The notes beneath the pieces are model-generated. The model searched no databases. It worked only from the letters and a program-made list of their open reading frames with translations, and was not told the DNA's origin. Source: an uncultured Ruminobacter sp. (GTDB taxonomy: Bacteria > Pseudomonadota > Gammaproteobacteria > Enterobacterales > Succinivibrionaceae). From it: DNA of 38,219 nt. Where the stretch lies: contig CAAFXL010000096.1 of the NCBI GenBank assembly GCA_900767005.1, positions 1 through 38,219 of the forward strand, read 5' to 3'. Positions 1 to 9,001 of this stretch are shown one piece after another. A program made the position numbers and the translations under genes. Numbering within the stretch: the first letter of the stretch is position 1; each line of letters starts with the position of its first letter.

Positions 1-28
1 CAAAGCAGAATTCAAATTGGATTCTCGA
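1..28. repeat. Terminal direct repeat, copy A. This is the assembly overlap closing a circular or circularly permuted genome of about 38,173 bp.
   Basis: caaagcagaattcaaattggattctcga occurs at 1-28 and at 38174-38201. The frame of the gene starting at 37911 continues exactly into the ORF at 17..1069. Confidence 0.9.
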
Positions 29-1069
29 ATAACAAAATTTGTCGGGCAAGTATCAATGAACTTGGTTATTTTGCATAAGACCGGTGAATATTCAACAATT
101 ATTGATGATTCAGGAGAAACACAAGAAATTGAAAAAGTAATTACAATTACATCGGATACATTATCGTTAAACATTGAAAAATCTAGTAACTTTATTTCAT
201 TTAGTTTTTCAACAGCAGAAGAACTAGAAGAAGCTGGTTCACTTGTTACCGAATTAATAAAAGGATTATCTTCATTCCCTACTGAGTACATTAAAAAATC
301 GGATGGGATTATTTGTTTAGATTCTTTGCCAACAAATTTATTGCCTTACGCAGAAAAATGTATATTTGTTAGAGATTCGGGTGCGCTATATACAATAGAT
401 GAAAATGGCAATTCTAAGCAAATATATATGTCTAGTGATCAATTGCAATCGATTATAAAAACACAGGGAAACACTGCGGTTATAATTGATGTCGACAATA
501 TTACTGATAAAGATTACTATTATGACATTGATAATTCATACTTTAATAACAAGAAACCTGTTGTTATATTGCAAAAAGTAAATGGAGACAATTACAATTA
601 TTATACTTGTCAAGAATTATTACACGATGAAATCAATCTAAGATACAAAATCACATATAATAAAACCACTACAACACAATACGGAGTAACAGTACAACCT
701 TTAGTAGTTACTTTGTATAAAGATAAATCACAAAATACATATACTGAAGAAGAAGAAATAAGCGTTAGCTCTACTGATGATCTAACAGATATGATTAATA
801 ATAAGATAAGAACTGCTGATGAAATTCCCAAGAATATGAGTTTGAACGATTATCTTTTCTTAGTGTCTGAAAGTTATATTGCACAAAATAATACATTAAA
901 TGAAAATGCTGATTCAAATGAAAGTACTTATTTATCAATTGATGAAAATGATAGTCTTTCTTTAAGCACTAGTTATACTAATTCATATTTAGTTATTGAT
1001 GATAGTATATCCGAATCAAACATTTCAATTTTAAATAATAATAATAATGAACTTAAATTGAGTTATTAA
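2..1069 (+). CDS. C-terminal part of the wrap-around tail/baseplate-associated structural protein
   Basis: Continuation of the 37911 frame. It sits between the large tail protein and the tail fibre genes, is N/S/T/Y-rich, and has no enzyme motif that I could see. Confidence 0.7.
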   Translation, partial: KAEFKLDSRITKFVGQVSMNLVILHKTGEYSTIIDDSGETQEIEKVITITSDTLSLNIEKSSNFISFSFSTAEELEEAGSLVTELIKGLSSFPTEYIKKSDGIICLDSLPTNLLPYAEKCIFVRDSGALYTIDENGNSKQIYMSSDQLQSIIKTQGNTAVIIDVDNITDKDYYYDIDNSYFNNKKPVVILQKVNGDNYNYYTCQELLHDEINLRYKITYNKTTTTQYGVTVQPLVVTLYKDKSQNTYTEEEEISVSSTDDLTDMINNKIRTADEIPKNMSLNDYLFLVSESYIAQNNTLNENADSNESTYLSIDENDSLSLSTSYTNSYLVIDDSISESNISILNNNNNELKLSY

Positions 1070-1079
1070 AGGAGGAAAT

Positions 1080-2222
1080 ATGGCAACATTAAGCTCAACA
1101 GTAAAAAAAGGAAAACTTACACAAAAAACTTCAGCGACTGAATTAACTGCTTTGTATCCTGTTACTAGTGCTGATATAGTCGAGGAAACCACTAGTAAAA
1201 AAATAATGACTTCCGATGAAAGAACAAAATTAAGTGGGATTGCATCGGGAGCACAAGTCAATATATTAGAAGGTGTACAATTAAACGGAAAAGATTTAAC
1301 CATTACAAATAAGAAAGTTAATATTGTTGTTGATACATCGGATAAAATCAATGTTAGTGATAAAGGAGTTGCTAATGGGGTTGCAACACTTGATTCTGGC
1401 GCAAAAATACCATTATCGCAAATACCTGATGCTGTTTTAGGTCAAATGACTTTTGGTGGTATCTTGTCAGTTACAAACAATGGTGTTTCACATATCGAAG
1501 TGTCAGCAAATGCGATTTCTTTAGGGATACCCGCTAGTTCTAGTGCTAGTGCTATTGATGATTTATATAGAGCTAATCCAACTAGATTTGCTGGTCTTTA
1601 TTTTATAGTTAGTGAGTCTATTACTAATGCTACATTGACCTTTGGCTCTGCACAAATTAATAATGTTACAACTGGTGACTGGATTGTATTGTTAGGAACA
1701 TATACATCAACTGCCGCTCCATATGGAAAAGTAGATAATACTGATGCAGTTACAAGCGTTGCGGGAAGAACTGGCGCTGTCACTTTGACAAAATCAGATG
1801 TCGGATTGGGGAATGTTACAAACGAATCAAAAGCAACAATGTTTGCAAGCGCAGCATTAACAGGCACTCCAACCGCACCAACTGCAGATGCTGGTACAAA
1901 TAATACTCAAATCGCTACTACTGCCTTTGTTCAAACAGCTGTAACTAATGGCACTGCTGATAAAGCAAAAAAATTAGAAACCGCTAGAACTATATCAGCA
2001 ACTGGCGACATTTCATGGTCAGTGTCGTTTGATGGAAGTGCAAATAAATCAGGTACTGCTACTTTGGCAAATAGTGGAGTTACCGCTGGAACATATAGCG
2101 CGGTCACAGTTGATGCAAAAGGAAGAGTGACCAATGGAGCGCAATTTATTAAAGTCATCGACTCTATAACTGCGGATATTAGCGATGTTGCTACAGGTGG
2201 ATTAGTATTTGTTGCACAATAA
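1080..2222 (+). CDS. Tail fibre protein
   Basis: RBS aaaggagg. Classic phage fibre motifs are present: GAVTLTKSDVGLGNVTNESK and TGTPTAPTADAGTNNTQIATTAFVQTAV. Composition is Gly/Thr/Ala/Ser-rich. Confidence 0.8.
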   Translation: MATLSSTVKKGKLTQKTSATELTALYPVTSADIVEETTSKKIMTSDERTKLSGIASGAQVNILEGVQLNGKDLTITNKKVNIVVDTSDKINVSDKGVANGVATLDSGAKIPLSQIPDAVLGQMTFGGILSVTNNGVSHIEVSANAISLGIPASSSASAIDDLYRANPTRFAGLYFIVSESITNATLTFGSAQINNVTTGDWIVLLGTYTSTAAPYGKVDNTDAVTSVAGRTGAVTLTKSDVGLGNVTNESKATMFASAALTGTPTAPTADAGTNNTQIATTAFVQTAVTNGTADKAKKLETARTISATGDISWSVSFDGSANKSGTATLANSGVTAGTYSAVTVDAKGRVTNGAQFIKVIDSITADISDVATGGLVFVAQ

Positions 2223-2231
2223 GGTGATTAA

Positions 2232-4304
2232 ATGGCTACTGTATCATCGGAATATTTAAGAGGATATTTATCTCAAAAGCAAGATGACGGTTCATTGAAA
2301 AAATTATTACCAGAAATATCCGGAAATGCTATTCATTATATTGAGGGTAATACAACTGGTACAGCCGGCACTTGGACAGGAACAAGCGAAGAAATCACTA
2401 GTTATTATAATGGGCTTACAATAGCATATAAAATGGGCATTGCAGGAGCTTCAACAACTACTTTAAACATTAATAATTTAGGTGCTTTGATTGTATATCG
2501 TAATGCTACATCAAAAATTACTACTCATTATCCAGTCAATTCAGTATTAATATTAATATATACTACTAATAATAGTGGTGTAGGCTCTTGGCAATTAGTG
2601 GATTATGATAGTACTAATACATTTCAATTTAGATCATATAGTGGGGCGCTTGTTACGCTCGACGCTCTTTATAGATATATGCTCGTAGTTACAGATTTTG
2701 AAGGTAATTTAATACCTTTAAATACAACTAATAATTCAACTGCGACAAATAAAGTAATGACTACAAGAGAATTTAATCCAAAAGGATTAATTTATTATTA
2801 TAATTCATCTACAACAATATCAGCAAACGGAACTGTTACTCCAACTAACTTATATTTTCAATTAACATTTGACGCTCGCTATTCATTAAATTGTGGGCAA
2901 ACTTTAAAAACTAATTCCCCTTTATATTTAGTTGCTAATAAATCCACTACAAAAAATAGTGTCACTTTAGCTGACCCGGCATACTCTCAAAGTTTGCCAA
3001 CTGAAGATGATGGGAAAATATATATTTATTTAGGAAGAACCTATTCAACTTATCAAGCTGAATTATGTATTCATCATCCTATATATGAGTTTGTAAATGG
3101 AAAAATAAGAATTTATCAACCATCATTAAGCTATAATGAATTAAAAGATAAACCAACATCTTTAAAAAATCCTAACGCTCTTAAATTTGGCTCAAATTCA
3201 TACGATGGTAGCGAAGCAAAAACGATTACATTAAGTGACTTGGGCGGTCAAACTGCTGGAAATTATATTAGCTATACAAATAATACTGCAACAGTGGTAG
3301 GAAACTCTAAAACTGTAAGTAAAACTTATCCTGAAACACTATTTGTGCCTAATGGTCTTATCATGGGTGGAACTGCTCTATCGGCAGGATTAGTTACAAG
3401 AGGAATATGCGGTATTGATGTTCCAGATGAATCTAACGGTTCTACAAATAAATCTCAATTGTATCTCAACTATGATGGCAACAATACGAATAATCCAGCT
3501 GGGCGAGGAATTGTTATTAATGCAGGTTCAGTTGGTTCGGATTTGGGCAATGGTGTATATAGTTATTGTGCTGTTCGTGGCGATGCTTTGAAATCTTGGG
3601 TGGAAGCAAAAGGATATACAACCAACACAGGAACTGTTACATCGGTTGCTGTTAAAATGAATGGAAGCACAAAAGGAACCATTACTTCTAGTGGGACTAT
3701 TGATTTAGGAACAGTAATTACTGCACATCAAGATATTAGTGGAAAATTGGATAAAACTGAAGCGCAAAGTACTTATCAACCAATAGGGGATTATGCTTTA
3801 AATAGTAGTATTCCTACGGTTAATAATCCTACAATCACTATTAAACAGGGTGGAACTACCAAAGGTTCATTTACTTTAAATCAATCCACAGCTTCTACAA
3901 TTGAATTAGATAGCGGTGGAGGTTCAATTACTATAGATAGTTCATTATCCTCTACTTCAACAAATCCTGTTCAAAATAAAGTAATATATACAGCATTAAA
4001 CAAAAAATTAGATGGGTCAATAACTAATGTATCATCTTCTACAACTGCTGCATTCGTTAATAATTGTTATTTATGCTTACCTAAAACTACATCAAATGTT
4101 ACTTTAACGATTGAAAGTACTACTTATACAATTAAAGGATTTTTCTTGATTTATGCGACCCAAAGTATAATTTATTTATGTTATTATAATACAAGTGGAG
4201 CATTAACCATTACATCAAAATCTTGGACAGCTTCTAGTTCATACTATTTTTCTGTAAAATGTAATTATGCTTGGTGTTATCAAATTTTAGGCAAATCATT
4301 ATAA
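2232..4304 (+). CDS. Long tail fibre / receptor-binding protein
   Basis: 690 aa, directly downstream of the fibre gene. Fibre-type motifs include SSTSTNPVQNKVIYTALNKKLDG and TGTVTSVAVKMNGSTKGTITSSGTIDLG. The C-terminus is Cys/aromatic-rich. Confidence 0.7.
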   Translation: MATVSSEYLRGYLSQKQDDGSLKKLLPEISGNAIHYIEGNTTGTAGTWTGTSEEITSYYNGLTIAYKMGIAGASTTTLNINNLGALIVYRNATSKITTHYPVNSVLILIYTTNNSGVGSWQLVDYDSTNTFQFRSYSGALVTLDALYRYMLVVTDFEGNLIPLNTTNNSTATNKVMTTREFNPKGLIYYYNSSTTISANGTVTPTNLYFQLTFDARYSLNCGQTLKTNSPLYLVANKSTTKNSVTLADPAYSQSLPTEDDGKIYIYLGRTYSTYQAELCIHHPIYEFVNGKIRIYQPSLSYNELKDKPTSLKNPNALKFGSNSYDGSEAKTITLSDLGGQTAGNYISYTNNTATVVGNSKTVSKTYPETLFVPNGLIMGGTALSAGLVTRGICGIDVPDESNGSTNKSQLYLNYDGNNTNNPAGRGIVINAGSVGSDLGNGVYSYCAVRGDALKSWVEAKGYTTNTGTVTSVAVKMNGSTKGTITSSGTIDLGTVITAHQDISGKLDKTEAQSTYQPIGDYALNSSIPTVNNPTITIKQGGTTKGSFTLNQSTASTIELDSGGGSITIDSSLSSTSTNPVQNKVIYTALNKKLDGSITNVSSSTTAAFVNNCYLCLPKTTSNVTLTIESTTYTIKGFFLIYATQSIIYLCYYNTSGALTITSKSWTASSSYYFSVKCNYAWCYQILGKSL

Positions 4305-4313
4305 GGAGATTTT

Positions 4314-4706
4314 ATGAAATTTAAACTAGATAAAAATAATAAAATATTAATGTATGGAGGTGATATTTTTGATTATTCAATAGATATTGAAATATCTGAT
4401 ATCGATTTAGAATTGTTAAATAACAAATTTACGAGTAATGAATGTTTTTTAAAAAATACTAATGTTATTATTGGCTCAACAATAAAGACTTCACTATTAG
4501 ATGAAGAAATAAAAAATAATCTGAGAGCCCAAAGAATTGAAATATTAAAGGCTTTCGATATTTACAAAACTAATGTATTATATGGTTTGATAAATGAAAG
4601 TGAAGAAGAACATCTTATCATATTTGACTGGTACAATAAAATGCTAGAATTAGAAGAATCGGCGTTTGCGAAAATACCAGAAAAAATTAAATATTATATG
4701 AATTAA
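4314..4706 (+). CDS. Hypothetical protein; possible tail-fibre assembly or accessory protein by position
   Basis: RBS aaggag, tightly packed after the fibre gene. No motif recognised. Confidence 0.5.
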   Translation: MKFKLDKNNKILMYGGDIFDYSIDIEISDIDLELLNNKFTSNECFLKNTNVIIGSTIKTSLLDEEIKNNLRAQRIEILKAFDIYKTNVLYGLINESEEEHLIIFDWYNKMLELEESAFAKIPEKIKYYMN

Positions 4707-4745
4707 TTGCAGTAAAAGATAATTCCTCTACTTTTAGGAGGATTT

Positions 4746-5198
4746 ATGATCTTAGAAATAGATGATAAAAAATTTATTAAAGACACTAATGGCGACGCTC
4801 TAGTTTTCTTTAATGCAAAAACGAAATCTTTTTGTTTTAAAACTTTTGAAGAACTAAACTGCGAAACATCCAAAGAACTAAAAAGGTTAAATGAAAACAT
4901 TGAGAAATTAGAGCAATCTTTTGAATTATTTAAAACTGACAGTATAAATCAAATTAATAATTTAATGGGCTTATTTACCAATGATGAAGTGAAGAAATCA
5001 TTATTGTATAATATGGCAGTTATATTATTATTTTTAGATTTACAAGTGAACGATATTAATCAAGAAGTAGATTTAGTTTCTATTATTGATTGGAGCAAGA
5101 AGCTGGATGAAAGCAACATCCCTGAAGCATTAAAAACTTACATTGAAAGATTATCTAATCCTTCTTTTAGTAATGTTGATACAAAGGAGGAGAAGTAA
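4746..5198 (+). CDS. Hypothetical protein
   Basis: RBS taggagg 6 nt upstream of the ATG. 150 aa with coiled-coil-like acidic sequence. Confidence 0.55.
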   Translation: MILEIDDKKFIKDTNGDALVFFNAKTKSFCFKTFEELNCETSKELKRLNENIEKLEQSFELFKTDSINQINNLMGLFTNDEVKKSLLYNMAVILLFLDLQVNDINQEVDLVSIIDWSKKLDESNIPEALKTYIERLSNPSFSNVDTKEEK

Positions 5199-5202
5199 TA
5201 AT

Positions 5203-5628
5203 ATGATTGAAAATCTAATACATTTTTTAATCGATGAAACAGAAATCATCGAAACTGCTCAAACTTCTTTACAATGGCTTTTTGATTTATTAAATACAAA
5301 GCTCTTTGTATATGGCGGAACTACCATTACTATCTTATCTTTTGTTTTAATGGCGATTAAATTCTTTGTTCCTAGAAATAAACAATTAAGAGTACTTGAG
5401 ACTGAAAAGACACAGCATTTAGCGGAAATAGAAAGTCTCAAATCACAAATTAGTGAAATGAATTCTGAAATTGATGATTTAAAAAATCAAGTAAATGTTT
5501 TAATTGAGGCTAATGCTTATAATTGCAAAGTTAAAGCGCTAAAAAAAGCGAAAACCTCAACTTTGAATACAGCTCCTGATACTTTGAAAAAAGTGAAAGT
5601 TAAGGTGATTAATAATGTCAAGCAATAA
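5203..5628 (+). CDS. Single-pass membrane protein with a C-terminal coiled coil; candidate lysis or exclusion factor
   Basis: ATG at 5203 follows aaggagg. TM segment is LFVYGGTTITILSFVLMAIKFFV, followed by heptad-like EIESLKSQISEMNSEIDDLKNQV. Confidence 0.6.
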   Translation: MIENLIHFLIDETEIIETAQTSLQWLFDLLNTKLFVYGGTTITILSFVLMAIKFFVPRNKQLRVLETEKTQHLAEIESLKSQISEMNSEIDDLKNQVNVLIEANAYNCKVKALKKAKTSTLNTAPDTLKKVKVKVINNVKQ

Positions 5629-6088
5629 AAGAAGCTCGATGAATCGAGTTGTTTTATCCAAAAGAAAACATTCATTTCTTGAAATCTTAGCCAATACAAT
5701 TATTTATATAGGACCATTAATTTTAATTTCCTCTATTTTTGCTTTTAAATTTGATAATATTGTTCATTGTCAAAAATCGGTTAAAATCGAATTTGCTTTT
5801 CTTCTTGTGTTAATTGTTATGTTTTTAGTTTATTACAAAATTCTTAAACGAAAAGTAAAAGAGAAACTTCAAGCAAATAAGATTAATCAAGAGAAAAACA
5901 CTCCTGTTTTAATATTTTGCAATACAATATTTAATCTTATGCCTTACGCAATTATATTGCTTGCATTTGACTTTTTACAATCAATTAATGAACCTATTCA
6001 CATGGTTGTTATTAGCCTTTTAATTGTTGAAGGGATTGGAAATTTATTATTGTTTATTGATAGTTTTAGGGAGGCGCAATATGAATAG
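5615..6088 (+). CDS. Membrane protein with four predicted TM segments
   Basis: Hydrophobic stretches are FLEILANTIIYIGPLILISSIFAF, FAFLLVLIVMFLVYY, FNLMPYAIILLAF and MVVISLLIVEGIGNLLLFI. The start overlaps the upstream gene. Confidence 0.6.
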   Translation: MSSNKRSSMNRVVLSKRKHSFLEILANTIIYIGPLILISSIFAFKFDNIVHCQKSVKIEFAFLLVLIVMFLVYYKILKRKVKEKLQANKINQEKNTPVLIFCNTIFNLMPYAIILLAFDFLQSINEPIHMVVISLLIVEGIGNLLLFIDSFREAQYE

Positions 6089-6299
6089 ATTCAAGTTATG
6101 GTTTTGTCGTTACGGATGGATAATTTTATTAACACTTAGTATTGCTATTTGCGCTATTATTTTACTTTCCATCTTTAATATTAATCTTTTAGTTTGGATT
6201 AATAGTCACAAAGACAAAATAATAACAATTATGATTTTCTTAATCTTAATTTTAATTACAGTTCTATCTGTATGGCTCAGACATCGAGCGGAAAAATAA
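6081..6299 (+). CDS. Small two-TM protein; holin-like by topology
   Basis: ATG at 6081 follows gggagg. 72 aa with two TM helices and a charged C-terminus (RHRAEK), which is class II holin-like architecture. Confidence 0.5.
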   Translation: MNRFKLWFCRYGWIILLTLSIAICAIILLSIFNINLLVWINSHKDKIITIMIFLILILITVLSVWLRHRAEK

Positions 6300-6309
6300 A
6301 TATAATTAT

Positions 6310-7302
6310 ATGAGTATTACTATGAAAAAAAATCGTTATTTAATTTCTGCGCTTTTTTATTCAATCATCATTGTTTTTGTTGTAATAGTCTCATTAATTC
6401 CTTATGTTTTTGATTTAGAACACGCGAATTGGAAAAAAGTTTTTGCAAATTTTATTATTCAAGTCATTTTAATTTTGATTACATTCTCTTATCAATCAGT
6501 AGTAAGTCGTACAGCGAACATACAAGACCCACAAAGCGATTATTCTGTTGCTAAGGTAGAATTTGTCACAAGCGTAAAAAACATTCAAAATAAGACCTAC
6601 ACAAGACTTCACGAACTCTATGTGAAAGATTATAATGAAAATTTAATCAACGAGCATATTAAAGAATTAATGCACGCTTATGAATTAGAAAATTCTTTTC
6701 TTACTTGTGAAAAATCAATTATTTACACTGCTTTTCAAGAAAAGAAAATCACTTCAAAACAATTAAGGATTATTGAAAAGTGCAGAAAACGTAAATTCAA
6801 CTTATCTTTTTATAATGTTAAAGATTTAACTTGTTCTGTGACATTAGAAACGACTAAAAACGCTAATAAATCTCAAAAAACAAGTATTACTATGGAAGTA
6901 TTGCTATCTCGTGTTTTATGGCTTTTAGTTTGCTCTTTCTTATTCGCTACAGTAGCACCTGAAGCAATTCAAAATGGGATTACTCTTGAAAATATTTCTA
7001 ATATGATTTTTAGATTGATTGCTGTTGGTAGTGGTATCTTAACTGGATATACTTGCTCTCAAATGCTTATCAAAGATGATGTTAGATTATTTAATAATTT
7101 CACTAACTTTAATATTAAATTCATCCAGGAATTAGAAAATAAAACTTGGATCCCTAAAGATGAAGATGTTAAAGTTTCTATTGTTGAAGAAATCATCAAT
7201 AGACAAAACAAATCTAGTTCTTCTGAAGAAATTATAGAGATATCAGAAGATGATTTAAAAAAATTAAATGAAGTAAAAGAAGTTGTTAATGAATTGAAGT
7301 AA
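6310..7302 (+). CDS. Multi-pass membrane protein of unknown function
   Basis: 330 aa with N-terminal and central hydrophobic helices and an acidic C-terminal tail. No clear RBS, so the start is uncertain (6310 or 6322). Confidence 0.55.
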   Translation: MSITMKKNRYLISALFYSIIIVFVVIVSLIPYVFDLEHANWKKVFANFIIQVILILITFSYQSVVSRTANIQDPQSDYSVAKVEFVTSVKNIQNKTYTRLHELYVKDYNENLINEHIKELMHAYELENSFLTCEKSIIYTAFQEKKITSKQLRIIEKCRKRKFNLSFYNVKDLTCSVTLETTKNANKSQKTSITMEVLLSRVLWLLVCSFLFATVAPEAIQNGITLENISNMIFRLIAVGSGILTGYTCSQMLIKDDVRLFNNFTNFNIKFIQELENKTWIPKDEDVKVSIVEEIINRQNKSSSSEEIIEISEDDLKKLNEVKEVVNELK

Positions 7303-7334
7303 AAATTGGATGTTTTGCAGTGGAAAGCGAAACA

Positions 7335-7598
7335 ATGGAAAAACACAAATTTATTCAGTGCATTAAACTCTTAACCCCTAATCAATTAAAAGATATTTGC
7401 AATTATCTTTATATTGATGAATATTATCTTTTACTTGAAGATTATTATCTAAAAAGATATAAATTATTTGATTTAGAATATCGGCATTCGATGTCATCTT
7501 CAAAACTTGTTAAAACTTTAAAGTTTTGTCGTATGAAAATTGAACATGCTTTATCCGATGATGATTTTTTGAATAAATATGGAAAATTTTTTAAGTAA
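7335..7598 (+). CDS. Small protein with a sigma-70 region-4-like HTH; possible transcription regulator
   Basis: The pattern LTPNQLKDICNYLY...SSSKLVKTLKFCRMKIEHAL resembles region-4 / ArpU-RinA-type regulators. This is a weak call made by eye. Confidence 0.35.
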   Translation: MEKHKFIQCIKLLTPNQLKDICNYLYIDEYYLLLEDYYLKRYKLFDLEYRHSMSSSKLVKTLKFCRMKIEHALSDDDFLNKYGKFFK

Positions 7599-7601
7599 TT
7601 T

Positions 7602-7631
7602 ATGAGAGCTTTTTGGCTCTCATTTTTTTTT
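7602..7631 (+). terminator. Rho-independent terminator
   Basis: 8-bp stem atgagagc/gctctcat with a 6-nt loop, followed by an 8-nt T run. Confidence 0.8.
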
Positions 7632-7671
7632 GCTCTTTTTTTACAATGTAATTGTAAAGGAGAATATGTCA

Positions 7672-8034
7672 ATGCCTCAATATGGTTTAGGTTTTCAAAA
7701 TCCTTATGGATTTATCCCTCAAAATAATACTACTCAATCAATGAACATATATGATTATGTTAATGGTTTAGATGGAATGAAAAATTATCCAATTCAGCCT
7801 AATTCAACAATCCTTTTAATTGATCGTTCAAATCCTTTTGCATATTTAAAAACTGCAAATGCAATGGGTCAGTCGACTATTCAATATTTTAAACTTGAAT
7901 CAATCGATGAAAGCGAAGTAAAAAAATCTTTGACTAATACTAATTCAGAATACATTACTAAGAAAGACTTAGAATTGATTTTAGCGCCTTATTTAGACCG
8001 TTTAAGCGCGGTTAGTAAAGAAGAGGGTAAATAA
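7672..8034 (+). CDS. Hypothetical protein, first gene of the accessory operon
   Basis: RBS aaaggag upstream. Start is 7666 or 7672. The N-terminus is Q/N/P/G-rich (MPQYGLGFQNPYGFIPQNN). Confidence 0.55.
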   Translation: MPQYGLGFQNPYGFIPQNNTTQSMNIYDYVNGLDGMKNYPIQPNSTILLIDRSNPFAYLKTANAMGQSTIQYFKLESIDESEVKKSLTNTNSEYITKKDLELILAPYLDRLSAVSKEEGK

Positions 8035-8037
8035 TAT

Positions 8038-8298
8038 ATGAATCCGCTTTTTAACGCGTTAAATACTACTACAAGCGCTAATAATGCTAGTTCTTTAATG
8101 CAAGCATATAAAACATTTTTAAACGCAGGTAATCCTATGGTTGTTTTTAAACAAATGGCAATAAAAAATCCTCAATTACAACCGATTTTAAGCGTTATTG
8201 AAAGTGGTGGTAATCCTGAACAAATAGCACGCCAAATGATGGCTCAACGTGGAATTAATCCGGATGAATTTATCAAGCAATTAAATGCTTATAAATAG
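8038..8298 (+). CDS. Hypothetical protein
   Basis: 86 aa, tightly coupled to the upstream gene. No motif recognised. Confidence 0.5.
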   Translation: MNPLFNALNTTTSANNASSLMQAYKTFLNAGNPMVVFKQMAIKNPQLQPILSVIESGGNPEQIARQMMAQRGINPDEFIKQLNAYK

Positions 8299-8319
8299 AT
8301 TAGAAAGGAGGTGAACACA

Positions 8320-8913
8320 ATGGAAGGAATAACACCAACATACGACATCACTAGTAGAAGTGGAGATGGCTTTGGATGGGGCTCACAGGGAATATGGCTC
8401 TTTGCAATTTTAGCCCTCATATGGGGTGGCGGTGGATTCTTTGGAAATAGAGGAGCATATGCAGATGGTAGGTCGGCAACTGTTGAAGATTTAAACAATT
8501 CAGCTAACTTTACAAGATTAGAATCACAAGTGCAGGGTATCGGTTCAAATATGCAAGCAGGATTTACCAATTTAGGTAATGGAATTTGCTCTCTTGGATA
8601 CGAATTAGCAAAAAATTTTGGTAGTTTATCCAAAGAATTATCATCCTGTTGCTGTGAAGTAAAACAAGTTGCTTTGGAAAATAGATATTTAGCCGCTCAA
8701 AATACTGCTGAAATAAATGCAAATGTTACTGCACAAATTCAAAAAGTCTTAGATAGAATGGCAGATGAAAAAGCAGCAGCTCAAGCTCAAAGAATTAGCC
8801 AACTTGAATTACAACAAGCATTATGTGGCGTGGTCAGATATCCAAATGCAATGACTTACAATGCCGGATATAGTCCATTTTGCTACAATCAATGCGGATG
8901 CAACAACATTTAA
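8320..8913 (+). CDS. Membrane-anchored coiled-coil protein with Cys-rich motifs
   Basis: RBS aaggagg 8 nt before the ATG at 8320. Gly-rich TM segment is GIWLFAILALIWGGGGFFG, followed by long helical Q/A-rich sequence. Cys motifs are CCCE and a C-terminal CYNQCGCNNI. Confidence 0.65.
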   Translation: MEGITPTYDITSRSGDGFGWGSQGIWLFAILALIWGGGGFFGNRGAYADGRSATVEDLNNSANFTRLESQVQGIGSNMQAGFTNLGNGICSLGYELAKNFGSLSKELSSCCCEVKQVALENRYLAAQNTAEINANVTAQIQKVLDRMADEKAAAQAQRISQLELQQALCGVVRYPNAMTYNAGYSPFCYNQCGCNNI

Positions 8914-8949
8914 TTAAATAGTCTTTATGACAATACTATATGGTAATAT

Positions 8950-8986
8950 AAAGGCTATTCATTAATTGGGTAGCCTTTAATTTTTA
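8950..8986 (+). terminator. Probable terminator hairpin
   Basis: Stem aaaggcta/tagccttt with a 13-nt loop, followed by aattttta. Confidence 0.5.
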
Positions 8987-9001
8987 TGAAAGGAGATATT
9001 T

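Noticed and set aside
610-2158. Antisense ORFs inside the tail genes (610..831, 1031..1351, 1598..1867 and 1931..2158, all on the - strand)
   Set aside because: They are fully embedded in long, motif-supported + strand genes. They lack RBSs and have shadow-frame composition. The same reasoning applies to 4703..4900, 5259..5441, 5517..5699, 7059..7346, 7445..7672, 8289..8633, 9384..9611, 24637..24921, 27960..28268, 28513..28831, 28994..29227, 30426..30671, 30813..31085, 31975..32157, 32190..32408 and 37519..37746.
2232-4304. Diversity-generating retroelement targeting the receptor-binding protein
   Set aside because: No reverse transcriptase gene exists anywhere in the genome. I noticed no template/variable repeat pair near the C-terminus.
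8535-8550. GGTTCAAAT string suggestive of a tRNA T-arm
   Set aside because: It lies inside a well-supported CDS (8320..8913). No complementary T-stem, acceptor stem or CCA context is present.
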